Assembly (NCBI GenBank): GCA_045660925.1
Contig: JAZREU010000005.1
Location: 2,334 to 66,333, forward strand
Length of the DNA: 64,000 nucleotides
Direction: 5' to 3'
Source of the DNA: Paludibacteraceae bacterium
GTDB taxonomy: Bacteria; Bacteroidota; Bacteroidia; Bacteroidales; Paludibacteraceae
In this document: in pieces, positions 54,626 through 64,000 of the stretch
Layout: the number at the start of each line of letters is the position of its first letter
Position numbering within the stretch: position 1 is the first letter of the stretch
The notes under the pieces: model-generated
The model's database searches: none
Seen by the model: the letters and a program-made list of their open reading frames with translations, nothing else
Told to the model about the DNA's origin: nothing
Position numbers and translations under genes: made by a program

Positions 54626-55693
54626 TTATTCGCAGAGTAGCAGCCCCATACAGTTGTACACCCGATTGTCAGCAACGATGAGTATCCTTCCATTGTGCAA
54701 TATCTTCCGACAATCCGTGCATGGAGTACGCAGGTCATGCAGACTGGTAACTGGCGCAGGCTCTACGAAATTGAAAAACTCGCACCAATAAGGTGCTTCT
54801 TTGTATCGGTCGCTGTAGCCCGATGGCACATGTATAGGAATATTGCGATCCACACCCTCAAAGGTATGCGCAGCAATAACAGGCGGAAGAGTGTCCTGCA
54901 ATGATATATAGGCTAATTGATTGCAATGGAAAAAGGCACTATCGCCTATTGAAAGAACACCATCTCCCTCAAAAACAAGCGAATCCAACGAAGCACAGTG
55001 TAGGAAGGCACCAGTACCTATTGAGTGCACTTTGTGGGGTATGGTAATTCCCCCGAGGTCGGTAGCATAACATAAGAGAAAACCACCAATCTCCTCTAAT
55101 TCATTGGGTAGATAACAGGTCTTTATCTTCTTGGGTATCGTATCATATTTACCCGACAAGCGTTTATCGTAGGCATTAGAATCGTCGATATAGGATAGGT
55201 TGAAGAAATTGGTGGAAGCATAGCCATAGGTAACGATGAGGGTATCAAGTGCATTGTTATAGGCAAGCATGTTGGTAATACCTTTGAAATAGCGGAGGTT
55301 ATAGCAATTTTTTAGCACATCTTGCTTTACATCTGCATAGCTTTCGCCTTTGTATTCAAAGCGGAGGAGAGACGGCATTTGCGCGAAAGACTCCCTACCA
55401 AACTTTTTGACAGAAGCCGGCACGACCACATCAGTAAGCTCTTGCTCCTCAAACGCATAACTATCTATAGAAGTGATACTATCCGAGAAAGAGACAGAAG
55501 CGATAGTAATATCTTTTCTGGTCCATGCGGGATATTTATACAAATCCATATCACCTTTACCCGTGATGTCAAGATGACGTGTTTCGACATTAAACGACCA
55601 ATAGAGAGAGTCACCACACATGCCTGTGATGGTATCTGCCCATAGCAATACGCTCATGAAGCAGGCAATGAATATGCACCATATTCTTAACAT
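54626..55693 (-). CDS. Secreted BspA-type leucine-rich-repeat protein
   Basis: Signal peptide MLRIWCIFIACFMSVLLWA. Repeated I..SAF..C..L motifs. C-terminal tail CRKILHNGRILIVADNRVYNCMGLLL. The start is chosen downstream of the promoter. Confidence 0.7.
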   Translation of the reverse strand: MLRIWCIFIACFMSVLLWADTITGMCGDSLYWSFNVETRHLDITGKGDMDLYKYPAWTRKDITIASVSFSDSITSIDSYAFEEQELTDVVVPASVKKFGRESFAQMPSLLRFEYKGESYADVKQDVLKNCYNLRYFKGITNMLAYNNALDTLIVTYGYASTNFFNLSYIDDSNAYDKRLSGKYDTIPKKIKTCYLPNELEEIGGFLLCYATDLGGITIPHKVHSIGTGAFLHCASLDSLVFEGDGVLSIGDSAFFHCNQLAYISLQDTLPPVIAAHTFEGVDRNIPIHVPSGYSDRYKEAPYWCEFFNFVEPAPVTSLHDLRTPCTDCRKILHNGRILIVADNRVYNCMGLLLCE

Positions 55694-55714
55694 AATTCTT
55701 AGCGTAATTTCCTG

Positions 55715-55746
55715 CAAAATTACTACTATTTTCTGACATATACAAA
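55715..55746 (-). promoter_or_regulatory. LRR gene promoter
   Basis: Reverse strand: TTTG (55746-55743), 20 nt, TAATTTTG (55722-55715). Confidence 0.6.
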
Positions 55747-55843
55747 CATTTTGACACATTTTGTCGTAGATTGTCAAGATTCGCTTCAAAACATGTATGT
55801 GTAAATAGGGGTCAGTACTTTGTCCTATACTCCTCAGAAGGAA

Positions 55844-55930
55844 GGGGTATTCATAGGGTATTCACGGGGTATTCATGGAGTATTCATATGTGTCGGGTAT
55901 GTATCGGGTATGTGTCGGGTATGTGTCGGG
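55844..55930. repeat. Two abutting 11-bp-period arrays (GGTATTCATRG x4, then TGTCGGGTATG x3.6)
   Basis: ggtattcatag ggtattcacgg ggtattcatgga gtattcatatg | tgtcgggtatg tatcgggtatg tgtcgggtatg tgtcggg. Confidence 0.9.
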
Positions 55931-55997
55931 AGATACTCGGCGAATGGTGGTTTGAGATTAAAAAACTGCTGCAATAAATAATAAATTAGACAACGAA

Positions 55998-56110
55998 AGA
56001 CTGAAGAAGGACAAAATCAGACTAAAGAAGGACAAAATCAGGCTAAAAAAGACAAAATTAGACTAAGAAGGACAAAATATAGACTAAGAAAGACAAAATA
56101 TAGACCGAAC
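55998..56110. repeat. About five tandem 19-22-bp units (AGACTAAGAAGGACAAAATMW) upstream of the ftsK promoter
   Basis: agactgaagaaggacaaaatc / agactaaagaaggacaaaatca / ggctaaaaaagacaaaatt / agactaagaaggacaaaatat / agactaagaaagacaaaatat / agaccgaac. Confidence 0.9.
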
Positions 56111-56156
56111 ATTAGATTGAAGATTAGAAAAGAAAAATAAAAAATTACTGCGTAAA

Positions 56157-56188
56157 TTTGCGTATGTCCATTTTTTATTGTAACTTTG
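56157..56188 (+). promoter_or_regulatory. ftsK promoter
   Basis: TTTG (56157-56160), 20 nt, TAACTTTG (56181-56188). Confidence 0.6.
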
Positions 56189-56270
56189 CACGATATTTCG
56201 AAAAAATCAAAACAAGCAACAAAAAAGAAAAATATAAACAGCGTAACATAACACTAAACAAACAATAACT

Positions 56271-58784
56271 ATGGCGACAAGAGTCACACGACCAACCAAA
56301 CCGACAACTGCAAGTACTAAAAAAAGTAGTGCCCAAGAGAAAACATCTATGCAAGAACATATGCGTTCTATCCTTGAATTTTTAAAGAGTCAGCAGTTTC
56401 GACTCATCACAGCATTGCTGCTCGCTACCACCGCCCTCATGCTGGTGATAGCTTATGTAAGTTTCTTCTTCACAGGAGCAAGCGACATGTCAATAATAGA
56501 GATGAGTTCGGATCGCGAAATGATGCGCGAACAAGTAACCAACGCCTTGGGATTGCCAGGAGCAGTAGTAGCCAGTTGGCTGATAGATGGGACATTTGGC
56601 ATTGTTACACTACTACCCATTATTCTATTGGGTATTTATTCGATGCAACTGGCCTTTCAATTCACCTTCAAACGTCTGAAGTGGTTGTTCTGTACTCTCT
56701 TTTTACTCATGTGGGGTTCGATATTTTTGGGCTTCGTGCAACAAATCACCCATATTGATGCCTTTTTCCGTTTCGGAGGAAAGTTTGGAGAGATTGTGAG
56801 TATATGGGGTAGTTCGTATGTACAGGAATTAGGAGTAGGACTGATTCTATTAACGCTGCTTGTTGTTTTTCTGATTGTTGTGGATAAACATTTCATTGAG
56901 CACTGCCAACAAATAGGACATTGGTTAGCCAACCTATTCAAAAAAACAAAAACAGAAGATATTGAATTGGCAGAAGTAGCAGAAGAAGGACAAGACATTA
57001 GTGACGACCCCGTAAGCCCTATAGCCATTGAAATAGAAAACACCTCCAGCGAGAGTACAGAAGAGACTGAACCAGCGATTGTAGTAGATGTGGAGGTGCC
57101 TCATGTGGAGGAAAAAATAGATGAAGATATAGCGCAAGAAGAAGAGAAGAATGAGGATGTGGTCATTGCCGTAGAAGATGTAAAAGAGGTAGAACTCTCG
57201 GAAGATGATCCTGAGTATCTGCTGAAGAAATTGGGTCCATACGATCCTCGCAAGGATTTGGAGCACTATAAATTCCCTTCATTGGGTCTGCTGAAGGTGT
57301 ATGACAATGAGACTGCGCCTGTCATCAACCAAGAGGAGCAACAAGCCAATGCCAACCGCATTGTGACCACACTCCGCAACTACGGCATTGAGATTGAGTC
57401 GATTAAGGCGACAGTAGGCCCTACCGTGACGCTCTATGAGATTGTACCTCAGGCGGGTGTGCGTATTGCAAAGATTCAGAACTTGGAGAACGATATTATG
57501 CTCTCGTTGGCTGCGATGGGTATTCGTATCATTGCCCCTATCCCTGGCAAAGGAACGATTGGTATTGAGGTGCCAAATGAGAAGCCACAGGTGGTGTCGA
57601 TGCACTCGGTGATTGCGAGCAGGCGTTTCCAAGAGGAGCAGAAGATGAAGCTGCCGATCTCTATCGGACGAACCATCACGAACGAGGTGTTCATGTTTGA
57701 CTTGGCGAAAACGCCACACTTGCTTGTAGCAGGTGCTACGGGACAAGGTAAGTCAGTAGCCATCAATGCCATCATTACCTCGTTGTTGTACAAGAAACAC
57801 CCAGCCGAATTGAAATTCGTGATGGTGGACCCTAAGATGGTGGAGTTTGCGCCATACAAGCCATTACTTCGTCACTATCTGGCTGCTACACCTGACACTG
57901 AGGATGAGAATATCGTGATTGTGGATTGCGACAAGGTGGTTAATACCCTCAACTCGCTTGTGATTGAGATGGAGAACCGATACAAGTTGCTCATGGATGC
58001 GGGTGTGCGTAACCTTGAGGACTACAACGATAAGTTTGTTTCACGCAGGTTAAATCCAGAGAAATTGGTGGCAGATAGTTTGCACCACCAGTTCTTGCCA
58101 TATATCGTGATTATCATTGATGAGTACGGCGACTTTATCATGCAAGCGGGCAAGCAGGTAGAGACACCTATTGCACGTATCACGCAAAAGGCGCGCGCCG
58201 TGGGTATGCACATGATTCTGGCGACCCAACGCCCTTCAGTGAATATCGTGACGGGTGTCATCAAAGCGAATATCCCAACGCGTATCGCGCTCCGTACACA
58301 ATCTGTAGTGGATTCGCGTACCGTACTTGACACCAAGGGTGCAGACCAACTCATTGGACGTGGTGATATGCTCTATTCTGGCAATGGTAATATTACCCGT
58401 CTGCAATGCGCGTTTGTCGATACTCCAGAGGTGGATGCTATTGTGGAGCATATTGAGAAACAACAGCACTACTTCGAACCATACCAACTGCCAGAGTATG
58501 TAGGCGAGGGTGGCGAAGGTGAAGCGCTGGTTCCTGGCGCTGTGGATTTGAAGCGCCTCGACCCTATGTTTGCCGATGTGGCACGCTATGTGGTGACCAA
58601 GCAAGAGGGGTCGACCTCACGCCTGCAACGCGCCTTTGAGATTGGATATAACCGAGCAGGAAAGTTATCTGACCAATTGGAGGCAGCGGGTATTGTCGGA
58701 CCAAACAAAGGTCCAAAAGGTCGCGATGTGCTGATACAGAGTTTGGATGAACTGGATAAGAAATTAGAAGAATTAGGGTGCTGA
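56271..58784 (+). CDS. ftsK: DNA translocase FtsK/SpoIIIE
   Basis: N-terminal TM helices, an acidic linker, Walker A GATGQGKS, and a gamma winged-helix domain TSRLQRAFEIGYNRAGKLSDQLEAAGIVG. Confidence 0.93.
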   Translation: MATRVTRPTKPTTASTKKSSAQEKTSMQEHMRSILEFLKSQQFRLITALLLATTALMLVIAYVSFFFTGASDMSIIEMSSDREMMREQVTNALGLPGAVVASWLIDGTFGIVTLLPIILLGIYSMQLAFQFTFKRLKWLFCTLFLLMWGSIFLGFVQQITHIDAFFRFGGKFGEIVSIWGSSYVQELGVGLILLTLLVVFLIVVDKHFIEHCQQIGHWLANLFKKTKTEDIELAEVAEEGQDISDDPVSPIAIEIENTSSESTEETEPAIVVDVEVPHVEEKIDEDIAQEEEKNEDVVIAVEDVKEVELSEDDPEYLLKKLGPYDPRKDLEHYKFPSLGLLKVYDNETAPVINQEEQQANANRIVTTLRNYGIEIESIKATVGPTVTLYEIVPQAGVRIAKIQNLENDIMLSLAAMGIRIIAPIPGKGTIGIEVPNEKPQVVSMHSVIASRRFQEEQKMKLPISIGRTITNEVFMFDLAKTPHLLVAGATGQGKSVAINAIITSLLYKKHPAELKFVMVDPKMVEFAPYKPLLRHYLAATPDTEDENIVIVDCDKVVNTLNSLVIEMENRYKLLMDAGVRNLEDYNDKFVSRRLNPEKLVADSLHHQFLPYIVIIIDEYGDFIMQAGKQVETPIARITQKARAVGMHMILATQRPSVNIVTGVIKANIPTRIALRTQSVVDSRTVLDTKGADQLIGRGDMLYSGNGNITRLQCAFVDTPEVDAIVEHIEKQQHYFEPYQLPEYVGEGGEGEALVPGAVDLKRLDPMFADVARYVVTKQEGSTSRLQRAFEIGYNRAGKLSDQLEAAGIVGPNKGPKGRDVLIQSLDELDKKLEELGC

Positions 58785-58790
58785 GAGTAA

Positions 58791-58839
58791 TTGAGAATTT
58801 TGAATTTTGAATTAAGAATTTTGAATTGAGAATTGAGAA
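58791..58839. repeat. Seven 7-bp units (TTTTGAA/TTGAGAA) filling the ftsK-lolA spacer
   Basis: ttgagaa ttttgaa ttttgaa ttaagaa ttttgaa ttgagaa ttgagaa. Shares GAATTTTGAATTTTGAATTAAGAATT with 29174-29193. Confidence 0.9.
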
Positions 58840-58844
58840 TCGCT

Positions 58845-59399
58845 ATGAAGTTAATGCTAATCATATTGACCGTTTTGCAATCGCTGCTGGCGACATTGGA
58901 ACAGAAGACATTGGTGTCGGATTTCTCAATCAGTATTGCAGAACAACAATCACAACCCATGACCTATATGGGCGATTTGGCTATGCACAGCAAACAATTC
59001 ACGTTGAGCATGTTTAACATGGAAGCTGCCTACGACGGCAACACCTTATATATGTACAGCGAAGAGTTGGAGGAGTTGACCATTTCTACTCCGACGGAAG
59101 AAGAACTGACACAGACTAATCCATTTCTGTATGCACAAGCATTGTTGCCTGTTTGCCAATATGCAGAGAAAGTAGTGGGCGATAAGACACAAGTCACGCT
59201 GACACCTAACGACCAAACGGCAGGAATTGCGAAATTGGTGCTACGAGTGGCGACGGCTACGTTGCTTCCTACCACTATCGAGATACATGAAGTAGAAGGT
59301 AAACAAACCACGCTACGCTTCAACAATACTCGCTATACGGATGAAACGCCATCGTTTATCATCAAGAAAGAAGGTGCCTTCATCAATGACCTGAGATAA
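58845..59399 (+). CDS. LolA-like outer-membrane lipoprotein carrier family protein
   Basis: Signal peptide MKLMLIILTVLQSLLA. About 185 aa and beta-rich. The position after ftsK matches other Bacteroidales (from memory). Confidence 0.6.
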   Translation: MKLMLIILTVLQSLLATLEQKTLVSDFSISIAEQQSQPMTYMGDLAMHSKQFTLSMFNMEAAYDGNTLYMYSEELEELTISTPTEEELTQTNPFLYAQALLPVCQYAEKVVGDKTQVTLTPNDQTAGIAKLVLRVATATLLPTTIEIHEVEGKQTTLRFNNTRYTDETPSFIIKKEGAFINDLR

Positions 59400-59407
59400 C
59401 CATTACA

Positions 59408-59431
59408 CCCCTTAAAACTTTTGAAACTTTT
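59408..59431 (+). promoter_or_regulatory. Shared leader word CCCCTTAAAACTTTTGAAACTTTT upstream of trxB
   Basis: See 20826-20848. Confidence 0.6.
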
Positions 59432-59445
59432 AATACTTAAATAAC

Positions 59446-60372
59446 ATGAAATGTCTTATTATCGGCTCTGGCCCTGCAGGCTATACCGCAGCTATTTATG
59501 CTTCACGCGCAAACCTCAGCCCCGTACTGATTGAGGGTATGCAGGTGGGCGGACAACTGATGATTACCACCGAAGTAGAAAACTTCCCTGGCTATCCAGA
59601 CGGTGTGGAACCCTATCAAATGATGGACGATATGCGTCGTCAAGCCGAACGATTCGGCACCGAGTTCGTGTCGGGTATGGTCACCAAAGTGGACTTCTCC
59701 TGCTCCCCCAAGAAAGTGTGGGTGGAGGATGAGCAACTCTATGAGGCAGATACCGTGATTATTGCTACGGGTGCCAGTGCTAAGTTCCTCGGCATCCAAT
59801 CTGAGGAGGACTACAAAGGTCGCGGTGTGAGCGCATGTGCTACTTGCGACGGATTCTTCTACCGCAAAAAGACCGTAGCCGTAGTAGGTGGTGGCGATAC
59901 CGCTTGCGAGGAGGCGAACTACTTAGCAGGTCTTTGCGAGAAGGTATATATGATTGTCCGCAAGCCATATTTGCGCGCATCGGAGATTATGCAACAGCGC
60001 GTGAAGAATAACCCAAAGATTGAGATTCTTTTCGAGCACAACACCCTGAACCTCACTGGTGAAGCCAAAGTAGAAGGTGCGGACCTCGTATATAAGAAAG
60101 GTACTCCAGAGGAAGAGACTCGCCACATTGCGATTGATGGTTTCTTCCTCGCTATCGGTCACAAACCTAATACAAACCTCTTTGCGGAGTACATAGAGCG
60201 CGATGCAGAGGGATATATCAATGTAGAGGGAGATAGCCCATGCACGAATGTGGCAGGTGTGTTTGCAGCAGGCGACTGTGCCGATCCACACTACCGCCAA
60301 GCCATCGTAGCTGCTGCCAGCGGATGTAAAGCCGCCATGGAAGCAGAGAAATACTTGGCTACATTGGCATAA
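59446..60372 (+). CDS. trxB: Thioredoxin-disulfide reductase
   Basis: GSGPAGYTAA FAD-binding motif, redox-active CATCDG, NADPH motif VVGGGDTACEEA. Confidence 0.93.
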   Translation: MKCLIIGSGPAGYTAAIYASRANLSPVLIEGMQVGGQLMITTEVENFPGYPDGVEPYQMMDDMRRQAERFGTEFVSGMVTKVDFSCSPKKVWVEDEQLYEADTVIIATGASAKFLGIQSEEDYKGRGVSACATCDGFFYRKKTVAVVGGGDTACEEANYLAGLCEKVYMIVRKPYLRASEIMQQRVKNNPKIEILFEHNTLNLTGEAKVEGADLVYKKGTPEEETRHIAIDGFFLAIGHKPNTNLFAEYIERDAEGYINVEGDSPCTNVAGVFAAGDCADPHYRQAIVAAASGCKAAMEAEKYLATLA

Positions 60373-60414
60373 CACTCCGTTATTTTGAGCAAACAACTAT
60401 CTAATATCAATAAG

Positions 60415-61644
60415 ATGCGACATATCTCAACAATCATTGTAGCAACGCTACTGCTCCTCGCTGTGAACATCAGCGGAGCCAACATCAAGACAGGCATAGA
60501 AGTACTTCGAGAAGAAGGATTCAAAGTCTTGGAAGGCAAGCGTGTGGGATTGACCACCAATCCTACAGGTGTGGATAGCCATCTAAAGTCCACCATTGAT
60601 ATCTTATGGGAGGCTAAGGAGGTCAATCTGGTAGCATTATATGGACCAGAACATGGCGTTCGTGGCAATGTGCATGCAGGTGATCATGTGGACAATGAGA
60701 TTGACCCTAAAACAGGATTGAAGATGTATAGTCTATACGGCAAGACCAGCAAACCCACCCAGGAGATGATGGATGAGATTGATGTGATGGTCTATGACAT
60801 ACAAGACAATGGTTGCCGCAGTTATACCTATATCTCGACATTAGGCAAACTGATGGAGGCTTGTATTGAGTATGACAAAGAATTGGTCGTATTAGATCGC
60901 CCGAACCCCCTTGGAGGAGAGAAAATTGAAGGCAATGTGGTGGAAGATGGATATAAGAGTTTTGTTAGCCAATTTCGCATACCTTATGTGTATGGTCAGA
61001 CGCCAGGTGAACTTGCCTTGTACTTGAATGCTACTGACTATGAAAGCAAATGCAAACTGCATGTGGTAGCGATGCAAGGCTGGAAACGCGCAATGACATG
61101 GGAAGATACAGGTCTTGAATGGATAGTGGCATCGCCTCATGTACCTCAAGGCAAATCGGCTGTTTTCTATAGCGTAACAGGCATCTTCGGTGAGTTTGGA
61201 TATGTAAATATCGGTGTAGGGTACACCTTGCCTTTTGAAATTATGGGTGCACCATGGATTGATGCTGATAGTCTGGCTACTGCACTGAACGCTTTGGCAT
61301 TAGACGGTATCGAATTTCGACCTATATATTTCAAACCGTACTATAGCGTTTTCAAAGGAGAGTTGTGCGAAGGTGTACAAATTCATATCATGGACTATGA
61401 GAAAGCCAGACTGAGCGAAGTGCAGTTTATCGTGGTGCAAGAGATGATGCGTCTATGGCCCGAACGTAATTGGTTTGAGCTATGCAACCAAAAACGCTTT
61501 AACATGTTTGATAAAGTGTGTGGTACAGGGTATATTCGCCAAGAATTTGGCAAACGCTATCATTGGGAGGATATCCGCGAATACTGGTACAAAGATGTGG
61601 ATTGGTATCGCGAAGCCAGCAGCAAGTATTACCTGTATAAGTAG
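60415..61644 (+). CDS. DUF1343-family protein (NamZ-like exo-beta-N-acetylmuramidase)
   Basis: Signal peptide, then GKRVGLTTNPTGVDSHLKSTIDIL and LYGPEHG blocks characteristic of DUF1343 (from memory). Confidence 0.7.
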   Translation: MRHISTIIVATLLLLAVNISGANIKTGIEVLREEGFKVLEGKRVGLTTNPTGVDSHLKSTIDILWEAKEVNLVALYGPEHGVRGNVHAGDHVDNEIDPKTGLKMYSLYGKTSKPTQEMMDEIDVMVYDIQDNGCRSYTYISTLGKLMEACIEYDKELVVLDRPNPLGGEKIEGNVVEDGYKSFVSQFRIPYVYGQTPGELALYLNATDYESKCKLHVVAMQGWKRAMTWEDTGLEWIVASPHVPQGKSAVFYSVTGIFGEFGYVNIGVGYTLPFEIMGAPWIDADSLATALNALALDGIEFRPIYFKPYYSVFKGELCEGVQIHIMDYEKARLSEVQFIVVQEMMRLWPERNWFELCNQKRFNMFDKVCGTGYIRQEFGKRYHWEDIREYWYKDVDWYREASSKYYLYK

Positions 61645-61732
61645 TGTAAAGTTGATAGTTTATCGTTGAAAGGCTGGGCGCCAAGGCACATGATCCGCGC
61701 CTTGATACTATACAGCTTACACCCAAAAAAAT

Positions 61733-64000
61733 ATGAAACGATATATTGAGCGATTGGCATGGGGAACAGATGCGGGTTTCTATCGTCTTATTCCTCAAGA
61801 AGTATTCCATCCCGCCACAGAACAAGAAGTACAAAGCATACTGCAACGCGCCCATAAAGAGGGTAAGCATATTACTTTCCGCGCCGCAGGAACGAGTTTG
61901 AGCGGGCAAGCCATCAGCGACAGTTGGTTAGTCGTATGTGGCAAACTATGGGAAGCCTATTCTGTCGGTAAAGATGCAGAAACGATTACCTTACAACCAG
62001 GTATCGTGGGACAACGAGTGAACGAGATACTTCGTCCGTATGGCAAGTATTTCACGCCCGATCCTGCCAGTCTGAAGTCGGCTATGGTAGGAGGTATTGT
62101 GATGAATAATGCCAGCGGTATGTGCTGCGGTGTACACGCCAATAGTTACCGCGTACTGCAATCCGTTAGGATTATCTTGACGGACGGCACGTTGCTTGAC
62201 ACGGGCGATGAGAAGAGTCGAACAGACTTTGCGAAGAGCCATCCGCATTTTCTGCGCAAGATAGAAGAATTACGCGATAAGACGCGCAACAACCCTGCTC
62301 TCGTAGAACGTATCAAACGCAAATATAGCATCAAAAACGTCACGGGACTAACCATATTGCCGTTCGTTGAGTATGACGACCCTTTCGAAATTATTGCTCA
62401 TTTGATGGTAGGTAGCGAAGGCACATTGGCATTTCTGTCATCTATCACAATGATGACGGCAGATATATTGCCATTCTCCACATCCGCATTGCTCCTTTTC
62501 CCAACGACTAAATCGGCATGCGAAGCTATCACAGAAATGAAAGCGACCCGTATGCTATCCGCTGCAGAGTTCTTCGACCGTAAGGCAATGCAAACAGTGG
62601 AGAAAGATTTTCCTGAACTACAACACCTACCCAACGATGCAGGTGCAGTACTCATCCGTACAGATGCCATCAGCGAAGAAGAACTGGAAAAGAAGAATGA
62701 TATCCTGCAAGAGGTGCTCAATCGTTATGCTCTATGCCAAGAGGCAACATTTACCAACGACCCTGCTTTGACCAGCAAGTATTGGGCTATGCGCAGTGGC
62801 ATCTTCCCTGCTGTGGGCGGAACACGCGAAGTAGGGACCACCTGTCTCATCGAAGATATCGCATTCCCTATTGACCACTTAGCGGAGGCCACTCTTGACC
62901 TGCAAGAACTCTTCCGTAAGCACAACTATCCCGAAGCCGTCATTTATGGTCATGCCCTTGAGGGAAACTACCATTTCATCCTTAACCAACGTTTCGACAC
63001 ACCCGAAGCCATCCAACAATATGACGACATGATGCGCGCAGTGGTGGATTTGGTGGAGGATAAATACCACGGCAGTCTAAAGGCCGAACATGGTACAGGA
63101 CGCAACATGGCACCTTTCGTTCGACGTGAATGGGGTGATAAAGCCTACGAACTCATGTGTGAGGTAAAACAACTATTTGACCCCGAAGGCATTATGAACC
63201 CTGGTGTCATCTTCAATGAAGATCCACAATCCTACCTACAACACATTAAGCCTTGCCCTAAAGTGCATGAGATGATTGACCGCTGTATTGAGTGTGGCTT
63301 TTGTGAGGTGAACTGCGTAAGTTGCGGTTTTGCACTCTCCAGTCGCCAACGCATCGTCGTACAGCGAGAGATGAAGAGGTTGGAAGATATTATAGAGGCA
63401 AGGGGCGATAGGCAAGAGGCGAAGAGATTGCTACAAGAGTTACGCAGAGACTTTGCCCACATGGGGCGTGATTTATGCGCTGGTGATGGACTATGCTCTA
63501 CATCGTGCCCAATCAAAATCAACGTGGGCAACTATATTCATCTTGTGCGCGAACAAGACATGAGTTGTGCAGGCAAGGCCATAGGCTATTGGGCAGGTAA
63601 GAATCTCTCCACGATTGGCAATATTCTCACTCCTATATTAGGTGTAGCACATGTGGCAAAAAATATCATCGGCAACAAGGCGACCACGCTATTGGGCAAG
63701 GCTATGCATTATGGTTCTGGCGGATTAGTGCCGTTATGGACACCTACCCTGCCAAGACCAGTCCACCCAAAAGATATTAAAACAGCTAAAGAATATGGCA
63801 GCGTCCACGGACTGAAAGGACTGCAAGACAAACGAGTGGTCTATTTCCCATCATGCCTTAATCAGCGACTTAGTACTGCGGAAACACCTCTTGTAAACGA
63901 TATGACGGAGCTGCTGAACAAGGCTGGATTTGAAGTTATCTTCCCTGCCAACATGGAAAACTTATGTTGCGGTACAATTTGGGAGAGCAAAGGCATGCCC
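61733..64000 (+). CDS. FAD-binding plus Fe-S/CCG-domain oxidoreductase (D-lactate dehydrogenase-like); 3' end runs off the window
   Basis: I translated 756 codons by hand with no stop. Motifs seen: FRAAGTSLSGQA (FAD-binding), EHGTGRNMAPF, CIECGFCEVNC (4Fe-4S), and CCGTIWESKG (CCG motif) at the window edge. It is absent from the ORF track because it has no stop. Confidence 0.8.
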   Translation, partial: MKRYIERLAWGTDAGFYRLIPQEVFHPATEQEVQSILQRAHKEGKHITFRAAGTSLSGQAISDSWLVVCGKLWEAYSVGKDAETITLQPGIVGQRVNEILRPYGKYFTPDPASLKSAMVGGIVMNNASGMCCGVHANSYRVLQSVRIILTDGTLLDTGDEKSRTDFAKSHPHFLRKIEELRDKTRNNPALVERIKRKYSIKNVTGLTILPFVEYDDPFEIIAHLMVGSEGTLAFLSSITMMTADILPFSTSALLLFPTTKSACEAITEMKATRMLSAAEFFDRKAMQTVEKDFPELQHLPNDAGAVLIRTDAISEEELEKKNDILQEVLNRYALCQEATFTNDPALTSKYWAMRSGIFPAVGGTREVGTTCLIEDIAFPIDHLAEATLDLQELFRKHNYPEAVIYGHALEGNYHFILNQRFDTPEAIQQYDDMMRAVVDLVEDKYHGSLKAEHGTGRNMAPFVRREWGDKAYELMCEVKQLFDPEGIMNPGVIFNEDPQSYLQHIKPCPKVHEMIDRCIECGFCEVNCVSCGFALSSRQRIVVQREMKRLEDIIEARGDRQEAKRLLQELRRDFAHMGRDLCAGDGLCSTSCPIKINVGNYIHLVREQDMSCAGKAIGYWAGKNLSTIGNILTPILGVAHVAKNIIGNKATTLLGKAMHYGSGGLVPLWTPTLPRPVHPKDIKTAKEYGSVHGLKGLQDKRVVYFPSCLNQRLSTAETPLVNDMTELLNKAGFEVIFPANMENLCCGTIWESKGMP

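Noticed and set aside
55771-55977. 68-aa plus-strand ORF
   Set aside because: Its sequence (GIHRVFTGYSWSIHMCRVCIGYVSGMCR) is simply the translation of the 11-bp tandem arrays. There is no promoter, and it starts at TTG inside the LRR gene's upstream ORF extension.
55998-56110. Possible CRISPR array
   Set aside because: The units are 19-22 bp, directly abutting and degenerate, with no unique spacers and no cas genes in the window. This is a simple tandem repeat.

Overview
64-kb chromosomal window from a Bacteroidota genome (Bacteroidales, Prevotella-like). This is inferred from SusC/SusD genes, the T9SS translocon sprA, and TTTG / TAnnTTTG promoters with a fixed 20-nt spacer. Gene order, left to right: the 3' 6.9 kb of a giant GH13 alpha-amylase; a susC/susD pair; a TetR-TolC-MFP-RND-PII-like efflux operon; glyQS, rpsO, a coiled-coil protein and murF; a 2.6-kb AT-rich three-gene islet (PLD-type nuclease with Zn-ribbon, a 2-TM protein, an unknown); an MFS transporter; the envelope operon (two beta-barrel paralogues, uppS, bamA, skp, skp); dnaN-exonuclease-rnz-radA; murI; a FISUMP-like lipoprotein; a phosphosugar mutase; hpt; tRNA-Arg(ACG); a NadR-like kinase; sprA; ruvA; glycerate kinase; an LRR surface protein; ftsK; a lolA-like gene; trxB; a DUF1343/NamZ-like gene; and the 5' part of an FAD/Fe-S oxidoreductase. 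The strongest candidate for a new system sits upstream of susC. It is an 850-bp AT-rich module bounded by perfect 24-bp inverted repeats, and it contains only a small serine invertase gene and the outward-facing susC promoter (a hin-like self-contained switch). Next to it lies an inverted, promoterless 3' susD cassette that keeps its own terminator and shares a 33-bp perfect core with the expressed susD, which suggests a possible C-terminal cassette shufflon. A second pervasive signal is short degenerate tandem word repeats (7, 11, 14 and 21-23 bp periods). They fill 5' leaders and spacers, and they are also read through in frame inside murI (twice) and murF. All functional calls come from motif recognition in the translations; no database search or computation was possible.
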